DNA of 62,966 nucleotides, the filler included, from Cercozoa sp. M6MM (Eukaryota > Protista > Endomyxa: Ascetosporea): assembly GCA_040357565.1 (NCBI GenBank). It is 14 parts of 14 records of this genome, joined end to end, with 100 filler letters (N's around TTAATTAATTAA, not from the genome) between each part and the next. Parts side by side here need not be neighbours in the genome. Positions count along the whole stretch, not along the records: positions 1 to 3,982 come from JBDODJ010001253.1; positions 4,083 to 7,561 come from JBDODJ010001435.1; positions 7,662 to 11,339 come from JBDODJ010001357.1; positions 11,440 to 12,919 come from JBDODJ010002015.1; 10 more parts are not named here. One strand, written 5' to 3'. A model generated the notes under the pieces. That model was not told the origin of the DNA, searched no databases, and was given only the letters and a program-made list of their open reading frames with translations. Each line of letters starts with the position of its first letter. Within the stretch, counting starts at the first letter, position 1. Shown here piece by piece: positions 1 through 11,458 of this stretch. A program made the translations under genes and the position numbers.

Positions 1-55
1 GAGGGGGGTAAAGTGGGGGGTAAACAGGGGGGTAACGGGGGGGGGGGGGTAACTA

Positions 56-1469
56 CCAGGCAGCTTGCGAGACAAGTGACACAACTGCGCACACAACGAC
101 TGCACCACCGCCACCGGTACCGCTCTGTCCAATCCACGGTACAAACAGACAAAATAGCCACTTGTCTCCGGTCCTTTCTTAAGGCTGCGTCTACCTATGT
201 GAGCAGTCTGTGTCACTGCTCTCTGTCGACAGACCGCAGTCGCTCAGCAGACTGTGCAGCACCTGGGGGGGTGTAAGGGGGTGTAGGGGGGTAAAGGGCG
301 TAAAAGGGGGTTAAAGGGGCGGGCCAAAGGTGGGTAAAGGGGGTGGGGTGGGGTGGGGGGTAAGAAACCTGTCCGAACTGCGGCGCAGAGTCGCTGAGAA
401 AGCACAACAAAAGCACGCGCGTCGACAGCGCCGCATCGCGTGTCCACGCAGCACCTATGTATATTAATTAAGACTGCGTTTTCTTTTTTGTTAAGGCTGC
501 ATTGACAGACTTTGTTAAGGCTACGTAGAAAAGGAAAACACTCACATTCTTGATCGCTGTTTCGCCACTCGTCGCTGCAGAGTGCCTGCAGGGGGAGGGG
601 GTTAAGAGGGGGTAAAGAGGGGGGTAAACAGGGGTAAACAGGGGGTAAACAGGGGGTAAAAGGGAGTAAAGAGGGGGTTAAAGAGGGGGGTAAAAAGGGG
701 CAACACCTCCACACAGCTACTGATGTGTCGTTGCAGAATCACACTCGCCTTGAACGTCGTCGGGTCGTGCCACTGGGGGTAAAGGAGCGTGGAGATTAAA
801 GGAGAGCAAAGAGAGATTAAAGGGGAGTCAAGATTAAAGGGAGCTTAAAGGGGGGTAAGAACCAGAGTACCATGACCTGCAGCACTCGTTTCGTCAGCAC
901 ATCCTGACAACAAACAAACAACAATGCATCTGTTTTATCCCTCCCCCTACCCTTACCCCCCTACCAGCAGAGTCGACAGATCGTCCAATTTCGCATTTTC
1001 CAGACTGAAAAACGCATGCGTCGCCTGCACACACAAGGAAAGTGCGTTTCTCCGGTGTCACCCTTCCGCGCGGACACGGGCAGAAACTACGGCATCCAGC
1101 TTCGACACATCGCTGCGCAGGATAGCTAGAATCTCGCGATGGTACTCGTCGGCGCTCTTGCTTCGTCCACGCGAACGGATGCGCCGCTTGAGCGCTTTTA
1201 TTCGTTGCAAAACGCTCTGATCTCTCACTGTCGCTCCGTCCGCGCGGACGTCGTTTTTCGCGAAGTCAAAACACGCCGTTTCGCGCCGAATGCGCCGCGG
1301 CACGACTACCGAAACGTTAGGAGCATGTGCACAGTCCACAGTGAACACAGAAACGCGTACAAAAGTGCCGCAGATCGGCGAACTCGTGCAGCGGCGGCAC
1401 GGTGCCGCGCACAGCGCGCAGCACCTGAGATCGCCGCACGACCTCTCGCGCCGCGATAACCGTCTGCAT
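56..1469 (-). CDS. Hypothetical multi-exon protein, 3'-truncated at window start
   Basis: ATG at 1469 (MQTVIAAREVVRRSQVLRAVRG...). GC-rich exons are separated by GT-AG introns with CCCTTTA tracts. No family recognised. Confidence 0.55.
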
Positions 1470-1671
1470 ATCGCTTCTGATGTATCCGGCCACGTGTGCG
1501 CTCTAAGTTCTCCCAATCTGGCGCAGCCTAGCCAGCACGATAAACTACTACCGCCCCCTAAAATAAACACGAACGCTCTCTGAATGTCACAGTAAGTGTA
1601 TTAAGTAGGAAATCTCGACGCCAAGTGCACGCATGTTTATGCGCACTAGCAGGCAAGGATGGCAGTGTGCA

Positions 1672-3419
1672 TTAGTAGGAGTAGGCCGACTTCCAGATGT
1701 CATCGTCGTCGTCGAGCTGCTGACTGCGGCACATAATGGTGCACGTGAACACCACGGCCAGTGCTTCGAACACGCCGAGAACAATGGCCACGATGAGGAT
1801 CGGCTTGCTCAGGTCTACATGTACACGCATGTGTACACACACAGACAGACACACATACACACTAGCTCGCAACACAGAGGGTTCAAAGTACTCTCGAAGA
1901 AGTCGATCGTCGCATCGCGGCATGGCTGGGGGAGGGAGTAAGAGGGGATACAGGGGGGTAAATGGGGTGGGGGGGGGGGGGGGGTACCTGCACGACCTGA
2001 TCGTCGGAGGGATCGTCCGACAAGGAGGCCTCGCATTTGGCCAGGTCATTCGGCGTGTACTCGTCGTCCTTCCAGAAGCACGGCTCGCGTGTCAGACCCG
2101 TGTCCGGGTCCTCCCAGTACTACCAAGGGTTGAAGGATAAATAGGGGGTAAGGGGGGGGGCAATGGGGAGTAAAAGGGGGTATAGCACCTTGCAATGGTA
2201 CAGGAAGCCAGCGCGCAGAGCCGGATTCGTCTCGACATTGTGGTCCTCGCCGACCTTCTCTGCACCGAGGATAAGACAGGGTTAAACGGGGGGGGGGTAA
2301 ACAGGGAGGTTAACAGGGCGCAGAAGACACACACACACACACACACACCCTTGGTCTCGCCGAAGTCGAACCACGGGTCGAGCACCATGTCGTTGAGCGG
2401 GTGTCCCGGGATCTCCTTGTACCCGCAGCACTTGAGCTTGCCCTGGTACTGCAGGATCAACTGGCGGCCCCTGTGGGTGCAACACCATCAGACAAGACAA
2501 GACAAGACAAGACAAGACAAGACAAGACAAGACAAACAAGGCAGTGCAGCAGACACAGGGACACAACATACGAATCCTTGGGCAGCGAGCCGCTCTCGTT
2601 CTCCTCATTGTACCACTTGGTCCACTGTCCCAACCACAATACATATCTGAGATCTATATCGATCAGTCTATAAGTCAGTCAGTAGATTGGTCAGTTATCT
2701 GCCCTACCTTGACCGAGATAGAGTCGTCGATCTGCTGCGTCAGCTCAGAGCCAAAGGCAGAGCCCTGTACACACACACACACTTTTAGACACAGAGAGAC
2801 AGAGAGACAGAGAGACAGAAAGGTCTGGTAAGCTGCGGCACCAGAACAATGGCGATCGAGATCTGTAGCAGCACGATCAGGAACAGCGCGATCGAGTAGA
2901 ACGAGAGGAACTTCTTGTGACGCTTGATGGCGCCCACCAGGCCCACCTAGACACACACACGCACAAGCATTATCCTGCACCCCCCCCCCCCCGTCCCAAG
3001 GAACGCAGGTACCACAGCAATCCAAAAGAGCAGCACGCCCGTCGCAATGATACCGCCTGTGTATGTCAATAGTCTTTGTTCCCTTCCACGCGCACACAGG
3101 AGAAACGCTACCTGCGATCGGTCGCAGCGGAAAGTCCTTGAGCGCCTCGATCTCGTTTTCGGCGTCAGCCACCTTTTGTTGCAAACACCAATCACAATAA
3201 CTGATCACGATCGGTGGTGATTCTTGATTGACACCTTGGAGTGACCGATGCCGCCCGCAATCATGAGACCCAGGGCGAATAGCTGCACAGCACAGTCATC
3301 GCATCGTTCGTACCTGCCTGACTCTCAAACACGGACAAAGAAACGTGATGTACCAGAAAAATGACGTTCGAGGCGAGCACATAGGTGTGCGCCACCTTGT
3401 GCACGAACTCCCAGATCAT
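1672..3419 (-). CDS. Tetraspanin family protein (multi-exon)
   Basis: Spliced product has TM1 (MIWEF...NVIFLLFALGLMIAGG), TM2/TM3 (GVLLFWIAVVGLVGAIKRHKKFLSFYSIALFLIVLLQI), an EC2 with the CCG motif (LKCCGY) plus four more Cys, and TM4 (ILIVAIVLGVFEALAVVFTC). Confidence 0.92.
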
Positions 3420-3982
3420 GCTGCCTTTTTGTGTTTAGAAGGCAGTCAATTTGTCTCCAGTCGGCAGGAGAAGCCAGAAAAGCAGGAACGCGCGCGAGCT
3501 GTATTCTGCACACCAGAAACGGACTCATCAATCCACGACCAACGACACAGCGACAAACGCACCCCTGGCGTGTCTTGGCTCGTTTGTTCAGTAACTCAGA
3601 GCACCGTGCCTTGCTCCACGTAAACGGTAGGCCGGTAGGCAGGTCCAGGCGCTGGAAAAGCACGCCAGTCCTTTCGGCTCAAAGTGTCCGCTGCGAGCCG
3701 AATTTTCGATCCACTTGATTGCAAAAACTGGACGGTGTTCTGACAAGTCCCAAAACTGTACCCAGCTGAAGAACCATCTAAGTCTAGACCGATGATCAGT
3801 TCTTAAAGATGTCTTGAAAATTGGGCGGAATGGGCGGCAGTTTTGGCACATAGTCAGAGATTATTTTTGGCGCATCGTCAGAGATTATTTATTTTGGATA
3901 TGGCACCTTGTGAAATCTCTGGTTGATGCACAGTACAGCGCGCGCAGTTTGTGCACAACGAAAGGACACTGGTTTTTTTTTT

Positions 3983-4082
3983 NNNNNNNNNNNNNNNNNN
4001 NNNNNNNNNNNNNNNNNNNNNNNNNNTTAATTAATTAANNNNNNNNNNNNNNNNNNNNNNNNNNNNNNNNNNNNNNNNNNNN
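3983..4082. other. Artificial contig spacer N44-TTAATTAATTAA-N44 (first of 13; others at 7562, 11340, 12920, 25467, 28048, 36821, 40395, 41955, 47009, 48299, 50249, 59772)
   Basis: The same 100-bp spacer, with stops in all six frames, recurs 13 times. Genes are truncated at each one. Confidence 0.98.
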
Positions 4083-4162
4083 CCCCCCCCCCCTACCCCA
4101 TTAGTATTCTCATAATTTGTTTTATTCTGATTTCATCTTTATACCCCTCCCCCTACCCTCTA

Positions 4163-5123
4163 GGCCGGATGCAGTGGTAGCGGCCGAGGCCTGGCAGTTG
4201 CATCGGCGACGTAATCGAAGTTTCTTTGTCGACCACTTCCAAGGCCAGCTACGGTCGCGTATCGAATGTCCCAAGTGCAGTCACGTGTCCATCACTTTCG
4301 ACCCGCTCATGTACCTCGCTCTGCCGATACGTCGACCCGCGCGGAAGCATCGGCATGACACGTCACTGACACTGACTGACTGTCTTGAGGTATCACTGGG
4401 CACACTAGGTAGGGGGGTAAAGAGGGACTCAAGTAATGTGTGTGTGTGGTGCAGAGCTTCACGCAGCAGGAGCGACTGAATCTGGAGAACTCGTGGTACT
4501 GCGGCCGCTGCAAGGAGTTCCAGCAGGCGCACAAGAAACTCGACCTGTGGCGACTGCCCGATGTGCTCGTGATTGGACTCAAGGTGTGTTTTACCCCCTC
4601 TCCCTGCCTCCTATTAACCCCCCCCCCCCCTTGTTCTACAGAGATTCCGCTCGGGAGGCTATGGACACAAGGTCGAGAAGAAAGTGGAGTTTCCGCTCGA
4701 GGAACTCGACTTGTCGCGCTTCGTGCTGAGTGATGCCGACCGGTCAGACTGCCGTTTCGAACTCTTCGGCGTCTCCAATCACTCGGGCTCGCTCGGCTTT
4801 GGACACTACTTTGCTTACACCAAGCTACACGGGTATCCATCATGCTGTGTATATATATATATATGTATGTATATATATATATATATGTGTGTGTATTTAT
4901 ATATATATATATATATGTTTATGGTCACAGCAAGTGGTACCGCTGCGACGACTCGATGGTGGAGGCCATGCCGTCGACGCGTGTCATGTCGCGCGAGGCC
5001 TACATACTCTTCTACCGACGCAAGAAACAGTCGGTGTCGCTGCCTCCCGGACTGCCGTCTGTGAGTGCGACTACTAGTAGTGGTACTCCGACGCCCAGTG
5101 CCAGCAGTCTGAGTGCACTTTAG
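4163..5123 (+). CDS. Ubiquitin-specific protease (peptidase C19, USP4/15/8-like), C-terminal part
   Basis: Motifs: [25 protein letters not shown]; [26 protein letters not shown]; His box [17 protein letters not shown]; WYRCDDS; EAYILFYRR. Three GT-AG introns. Confidence 0.95.
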
Positions 5124-5345
5124 TCAAGCCAAGTGCATTGGTGCTGCGTGAGTTAATTCGCGTTGTTGGAGTCGTTGTTTGCATCCCTTGCAGTTGGGAG
5201 TTCTTAGCCTCGCATGCGCTGCCTCGGCTAGTTAATGTTGCGTTGTAGTATTTGAAGCTTCCAAGCAAGTCTGTTGCAAAGGAAGGTCGGCGTTGCTGAG
5301 TTTGCGCTCTTCAGCTATTCAACAGTTTGTTTGAGTTCCGCTCCT

Positions 5346-5867
5346 ATGCAGCATATGTATGGCACGCGGTGCCGCAGCTTTAATCCCGCAAAAGCTAAGC
5401 GCAATCTCGAACACGTTCTTGCGGCTTTACGGTGGCTACACGACCTCGACCATGTCCAACAAATGTCAACGTGGTCGGAGGAACTAGCGACTCCACTGCG
5501 CGACTTCCTGAACGGCGCAACCGTCATGCACGTGGACAACTTAGAGCAGCGGTTTGCCGTTGCAACGATGCACACATGGGAGATGCAAGCCAACACCGTC
5601 CTGGATCTCGAGTACTGGCTGCTCAACAACCTCCAGTTGGGTCTGCCGGAAGGTCCACTGCTGCGTGCACACACCGAACTCGCCGACTGGTACCGACACG
5701 TGTCCGCAGAGCACCGCATGCTGCTTGACTCCTCGGCTCAACGCCTGCTGCGATGTCCTCCAGTGCCGCCCGCAACGTTGCCGGGGATCTCTCTAGCACA
5801 GCTGAACGAGCTTTCGCGTGTGCAGACGACTGATAGTTCTAACCCGTCGACATCGCAGCAGAAGTGA
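5346..5867 (+). CDS. Hypothetical protein (intronless ORF)
   Basis: ORF of ~173 codons with GC-rich, coding-like composition. No motif recognised. Confidence 0.5.
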   Translation: MQHMYGTRCRSFNPAKAKRNLEHVLAALRWLHDLDHVQQMSTWSEELATPLRDFLNGATVMHVDNLEQRFAVATMHTWEMQANTVLDLEYWLLNNLQLGLPEGPLLRAHTELADWYRHVSAEHRMLLDSSAQRLLRCPPVPPATLPGISLAQLNELSRVQTTDSSNPSTSQQK

Positions 5868-6352
5868 AGAAACTCGAATCCGGCGCGAGCTCGAGAAACC
5901 AATCCGCGGTGGGGGGGGGGCAGGAAACGACCCAAATTCTTGCATTACAGCAAAGCTGGTGGTACTACCATGGCTAAATTTAATTTTCTACAGGGGTTAC
6001 CAACTGAATGAGTGAAGTCAGACGTCCAGTAAAGCAAGTGTTGGACAGGACACAGATCCGCCATCAACCCGGGGATTGGATACGGTGTATATAGCGACGG
6101 ATAGATAATTACTTCAGTCTATTCCGACAAGAGTCTAGGTCGGTGTCTAGAAACGTTAAAGCCATGTGTTATTTGAAATACAGTGCACGCCCCATACGCG
6201 ACGATACTGAACCGAACTGAACTGAAGGAAACTGTGCCAGTACAATTCGGTGTTCGTTCGGGTGTTTGTCGGAGAACCCTTCGTATTTTCACTCGAGTTT
6301 CCCCACCTTGGTCTTGGCAGTTTAAGCGACCAAACAGGCACCGTGAGTGAAG

Positions 6353-7402
6353 ATGAAGATCCTGTTGTCTACGTTGCTGAACCTTTCGATGGCGCGGCAC
6401 CAACTTGCTGAAGGTTAGTTTTTATACCACTGTGTCCCTGTGTACTGTCCTGTAAGTTTGCTGGCAATGACTAACTTATTATAATTTTTTATATTTTAAA
6501 ACTGACTTTTGACTATTTACGACTGTAAATTTACTGTAGCAGCAAGTGTCTATCCTGGAGGGAACACCGATTCCTTGGTCAATGGCGCAGGGGGAATGGC
6601 TTTAAAGTCGCTGATTCATTCAAACGATGAGATCGAACACGATCTACACAGCCTCACTGTCGTACCTAAAAGTTTAAAACTAAGTTAATTTACTTTCCCA
6701 TAAGATACACGCCTTTTTTGCATTGACCGCTGCAGCACATGGCCAAAGCAACCGACCAGTTGAAAGCATCGCTGAAAGAGCTGTGGTTTCGGCTTGGGCG
6801 CGTCGAAAATGTGATTGAAACCTCAACCACAACAACGACCACAGCGACCACGACTTCCAGTGCGACCACGACTTCAAGTGCGACCACGACTTCAAGTGCG
6901 ACCACGACTTCAAGTGCGACCACGACCTCAAGTGCGACCACGACCACGACTACAATGCCGTGTACAACTTGCACGCGCGAAGGCAACGATGTGCTTCCTC
7001 CTCCGGAAACATGTCCTGTGGCAGACATGCTTTCGCGAGGCAACGAATGCGAGTGCGATTTCCAGTGCGCTTCTACAGTCGAGACGCCTGGTACAGTGTC
7101 TGCCTGCATCGATACTTTACTACTTAATCCAAGGAGTGCCTCGGTACTATACAGCGTCTTGTGTTAATTTGAAGCGGCTTGCTCGGAGAACTGCTCCGTG
7201 GTTTTGTTGGATGGCACCGAGGGCACCCCGACAGACTTGCCGAATCGCTGCGTGACCACTGTTCCAGGCGGTGTTCCAGCAGAAGCCACATGTTACTGCA
7301 CCTCTGAGTGTGAGACTGGTTTAACATGCTTTGGCGGAAGCACATTCAACCCGAACACGCCGCGCACGTGCAGATGCAGCAATGAAGACTCTCTGCAATG
7401 CA
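6353..7402 (+). CDS. Secreted Thr/Ser-rich (mucin-like) protein with Cys-rich modules, 3'-truncated
   Basis: Signal-like start MKILLSTLLNLSMA, then (TTTSSA)n, then Cys-rich units (ECECDFQC; CYCTSECETGLTCFGG..CRC). GT-AG introns. Confidence 0.7.
6825..6953 (+). repeat. 18-bp coding tandem repeat (GCGACCACGACTTCAAGT)n encoding ATTTSS
   Basis: About 5 near-perfect units are directly visible. Confidence 0.9.
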
Positions 7403-7468
7403 CGTATTGTTCTCTGTTATTTTTCGTGCTCCAAGCCTTCAACGCACAGCCTTCTTTCCTTGTGCTAT

Positions 7469-7561
<93 letters not shown>

Positions 7562-7661
7562 NNNNNNNNNNNNNNNNNNNNNNNNNNNNNNNNNNNNNNN
7601 NNNNNTTAATTAATTAANNNNNNNNNNNNNNNNNNNNNNNNNNNNNNNNNNNNNNNNNNNN

Positions 7662-7707
<46 letters not shown>

Positions 7708-7719
7708 GGAACGGCAGTG

Positions 7720-10118
7720 CTACTTGAAGGCCGTCTCGAACGGGTCCTGCAGCACGTCGATCTGCTTGATCACAATGCTTTCGAGCGGCCGGTTCTTCTT
7801 GTCCGTCTTGAGGAACTCCATCTGACCAGGGTAAGGGGTGAGGGTAGGGGGTAGGGGGTAGGGATGGTAGGAGGTAGACAGGGGACACACCTTCTCAAGC
7901 ACCTCGGTGCCCTCGATGAGTTCGCCAAAGACAGTGTGCCGATCGTCCAGGTGTTCGGCAGCATCGAAGAGAACAAAGAACTGCGCGCCGTTGGTGTTGG
8001 CGCCGCGATTGGCGTAGGACAGCACGCCGCGGTGCGAGTGGCGCAGCGACTCGTGGAACTCGTCGGCGAACTTGCCGGTCTCGGAGATGCGCGGGTGACA
8101 CCTGCCGCCGGTACCTGGCTACACACACCACAAGTACAAGCACTCTTAACAAAGTACAAAAGCACCCTTAACAAAGTACAAAAGCACCCTTAACAAGGTA
8201 CAAGCTGACAGTACCTGCGATTGGTTATCACCGCCATTGACAAGGTAATCCGTGTCGCCGCCTTGCGCCATGAAGCCCGGGATCAGTCGGTGGATCGTTG
8301 TGTTCGTATAGACGCCTGCTCAGTGACACACGTGCTCAGTCATACGTGCTCAGTCATACGTGCTTAGTCATACGTGCTCAGTGACACACGTGTTCAGTGG
8401 CACACGTGCCAAGTGTGGTACCTTCGGCAGCCAGCAGGAGGAAGTTGTGCACAGCACGCGGCACGAGGTCGCTGTGCAGTTCGAACACCATCTGACCCAC
8501 CGACGTCACCAGTCGCACGTAGGCCTTGTCGCCGACCTTGCCACCTACGTGCGACTCAACTCAAACTTACGGGGGCGGGGGGGGGGGCCAGGAGTAAATC
8601 CTACCATGGCGACGATCGCGCTTGCGTGTGCGTCGCAGACGCAGGTACAAACGCTCGTCAATCTCACGTTGCGATAGCTCTCTCTGCAGGGGAATAACGA
8701 TAAGGGTAAGGATAAGGGGCAGGGTAAGAGTAAGGAGCAGGGGAGGGTAAGAGGAAGGGTAAGGGTAAGTAAGGGTAAGGGCAAGGGTAAGGGCAAGGGA
8801 AGGGCAAAGGCAAAGGCAAGGGTAAGGGCAAGGGCAAGGGTAAGGGTAAGCAAGGCAAGGGCAAGGGCAAGGAAAAGGGTAAACGGACTCGTTTCTGCTG
8901 CGTGACGGCAGCCATGCTGGTGCTCGTGAAGCCTGCGCCGAGTTTCGACGTCGAATCGGCGGCCAGGAACTTCACGCGGCCGTCGTCTTGATCACTCTTC
9001 TCGGCTTCGGCCTGCTTGGCCAACTCTCGGCGACGCTTCTCGTCTTGCAGCAACTTGAGTCGCTGTCACAAACGACATATCAACTTTGGAGAACAACAGC
9101 CATGTTGCTTACCTTTCTGGCACGCATAGCCTCGATGACTTCTTCGTTCAGTTCGGCACTGCGAGAATGCAAGGCACAAGGTATAAGAACAAAGTATCGT
9201 CGCACTGAACATGAGGTACTCGTGCTCGCCAACAATGCCGACGCCGTGCTTCTGCTGCCACTCGGGGTCCTGTGGATCCTGCAGCACCAGGATACACTTC
9301 TTCGTCACCGGCGCACCTGTCAACGGCTCTCGCAGCGTGCCTTTCTGCAAAGCCAAAACAAGAAAACTCAGCTTCAGTCAAAATTAAAAAGCTACAAAAA
9401 CTTGAGAAGTTGTTTTGAAAGCTTTGCACACACAGATGATACCTGGTCCGAGAACAACTCTAGCACGGCAGAGTACGAGTAGCAGTGCGCCGAGGCAGCG
9501 CCTTCTGGCACAACGGCACAGATGCGCGCGTGCTCCGAGAAGAGCTGCAGGCTCAGCGGACAGTGAAGCTGTCCGTTCGCATTGCGGTGCACTTTCAGCG
9601 TGATCTAAACCGAAAAAGCAACAATCAATTCCACAACCAATCAATTCAACGTCAATTCTGGACGGAAAGTCGGGATATGTTCCAAAACGCACCAAATCGC
9701 GAGGACGCAGCTTTTGCGACGGCTTTTTCGGGTGCTTGTCGCTGTTGCCTGCCTCGGCCTGCCACTCGAGCAGCGCATCGCGGTCGAAAATGTAACCTAC
9801 AAACACCCAACATTTTGAGAAACTTAAATTAAGCAAAGCCAAACAGCCACACACACACCATCGGGAGACGCAACGGGCTCCTTCCACGGTTGCAGCGACA
9901 ATTGACAGTGATCAAACGGCAGCACCTGGGTCAAACAAGAGCATCCGCGCGGAGGTTAATTACAAACCACTCAAAATAAAGTGGATTAGCTTCGAGAAAA
10001 ACCCAAAAAGGAGTACCGAGTGCAGCGTTCGCTCGCGCTTGGTTTGTTTACCTCCTCCGTGCTCTCTCCATTCCTTACTCGAGTAGAACAACTTGCGGCT
10101 ACTGCGCTTCTTGCCCAT
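7720..10118 (-). CDS. PPIL2: U-box/RING-type cyclophilin PPIL2 (CYC4)
   Basis: N-terminus MGKKR...LPFDHCQLSLQP..YIFD, HCPLSLQLF..YSYSAV and EPLTG..LQDP. C-terminal cyclophilin domain: HNFLLLA, HRLIPGFMAQGGD, FADEF, GVLSYANRGANTNGAQFF, HLDDRHTVFG. Confidence 0.93.
8701..8882 (+). repeat. Intronic telomere-like (TAAGGG/CAAGGG)n tract
   Basis: About 28 hexamer units inside a PPIL2 intron; C-rich on the sense strand. Confidence 0.9.
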
Positions 10119-10362
10119 GTTAAGTACTTGCGCACAACGCCACGCCACTCGCAGGAGTCGTAAGGCGCTCGACACGAGAGACTCTCGGCTCTCAACAAGT
10201 TGAGCCGAATTCAAGGAAGTCAAGCATTTGCAACGCAGAAAGAGCTCTATCCACTCAACTAGAGCACTACTTCAGAAAAGAAAGCGATCTAGAGAGGTTT
10301 CTTTGAGAGCTCTGCATTTGCCATTCCGATTTTGGCCAATCACGGTTGAAGAAGCACAGAGG

Positions 10363-11028
10363 ATGATCGTGCGCATTCGCACGTCGCGCGGCGCGAAGCG
10401 TTTCACGCTGCCGGAGAACGCGACGATGCACCAACTGCAAAAAGAGATCGAGAAAGCTTACAAGTACGTCAATCTGCATGCGTGATTGGTCTGTATGACA
10501 GGGTGTGGTGCCATCTCAGTATGACGCCGGACAACCAGATCCTGTCGCGAACCCCATGGTCCAATCCCGACGTGATGGAGTTTTCGCCGAGTCAGTCACT
10601 TGTATGCCCAGTCTTTCCTTTTGTCTTCCTTTGCCCAATAACTCGGACCAAAAAAAAACGAACCCTCAATCGAAACCAGGCCAGTCTCGGTGTGAAGCAC
10701 GGCGACCTGCTGCACTTGCTGCTGGACAATCGCGCACTTCCGCGCGGACTCACCTTTGGAAAGCCGGTATATGTGTGCCCTTTGTGTGGGACTGTTGTGA
10801 CTGTTGAGTAAGAGCGAGAAAGTCATCTGCGTGTGTGAAAGCAGAAGGAGCAGGATGAGAAGGAGCAGGAAGAGGAGGAGCAGGCCAAGGCCGAGCAGGG
10901 GAGTCAGAACAAGGGACCCAAGTTCTTGCCTTACGTGCGTTGGATGGCACGGCGACAACAGGCGTGTCACTGTCTTCGCAATGACGAGTTCTGCCCGGTA
11001 CACCTCACTCACTTCTCTCACACACTCA

Positions 11029-11085
<57 letters not shown>

Positions 11086-11311
11086 CGTTTCCTCTCCTTT
11101 ACCCTTACCCCATGAAGGCATGTCTGCCGCCAGAGCTGCCGAGTTACCAACCCAAGGCAGGCTTTGGTCACTTAGGTACCCTCTTGTGTTACCCTGTTAA
11201 TCTGAATCTTAGTTTAATCTGGACTGACAGGACGTTTTTCGTTGGCGCAGATGCCGCCAAACGCCGTGCTGGCTCTGCAGGAGTACCGTCATTTGGACAA
11301 CCTATCGTTTG
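10363..11311 (+). CDS. NPL4: NPL4-like protein, N-terminal ubiquitin-like and Zn-binding region, 3'-truncated
   Basis: MIVRIRTSRGAKRFTL...SLGVKHGDLLHL matches the NPL4 N-terminal UBL pattern, followed by CHC...C..CLP. Confidence 0.75.
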
Positions 11312-11458
11312 GTATGTCCTTTTCAGCCCCCCCCCCCCCNNNNNNNNNNNNNNNNNNNNNNNNNNNNNNNNNNNNNNNNNNNNTTAATTAATTAANNNNN
11401 NNNNNNNNNNNNNNNNNNNNNNNNNNNNNNNNNNNNNNNTTTTTTTGAAACTCCCCAG

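Noticed and set aside
1-60. True telomere at the window start
   Set aside because: The G-rich tract is degenerate, follows a GT donor on the minus strand, and matches the intronic tracts seen throughout the window.
4027-4038. Recurrent TTAATTAATTAA palindrome
   Set aside because: Always flanked by 44 N on each side; it is an artificial six-frame-stop contig linker.
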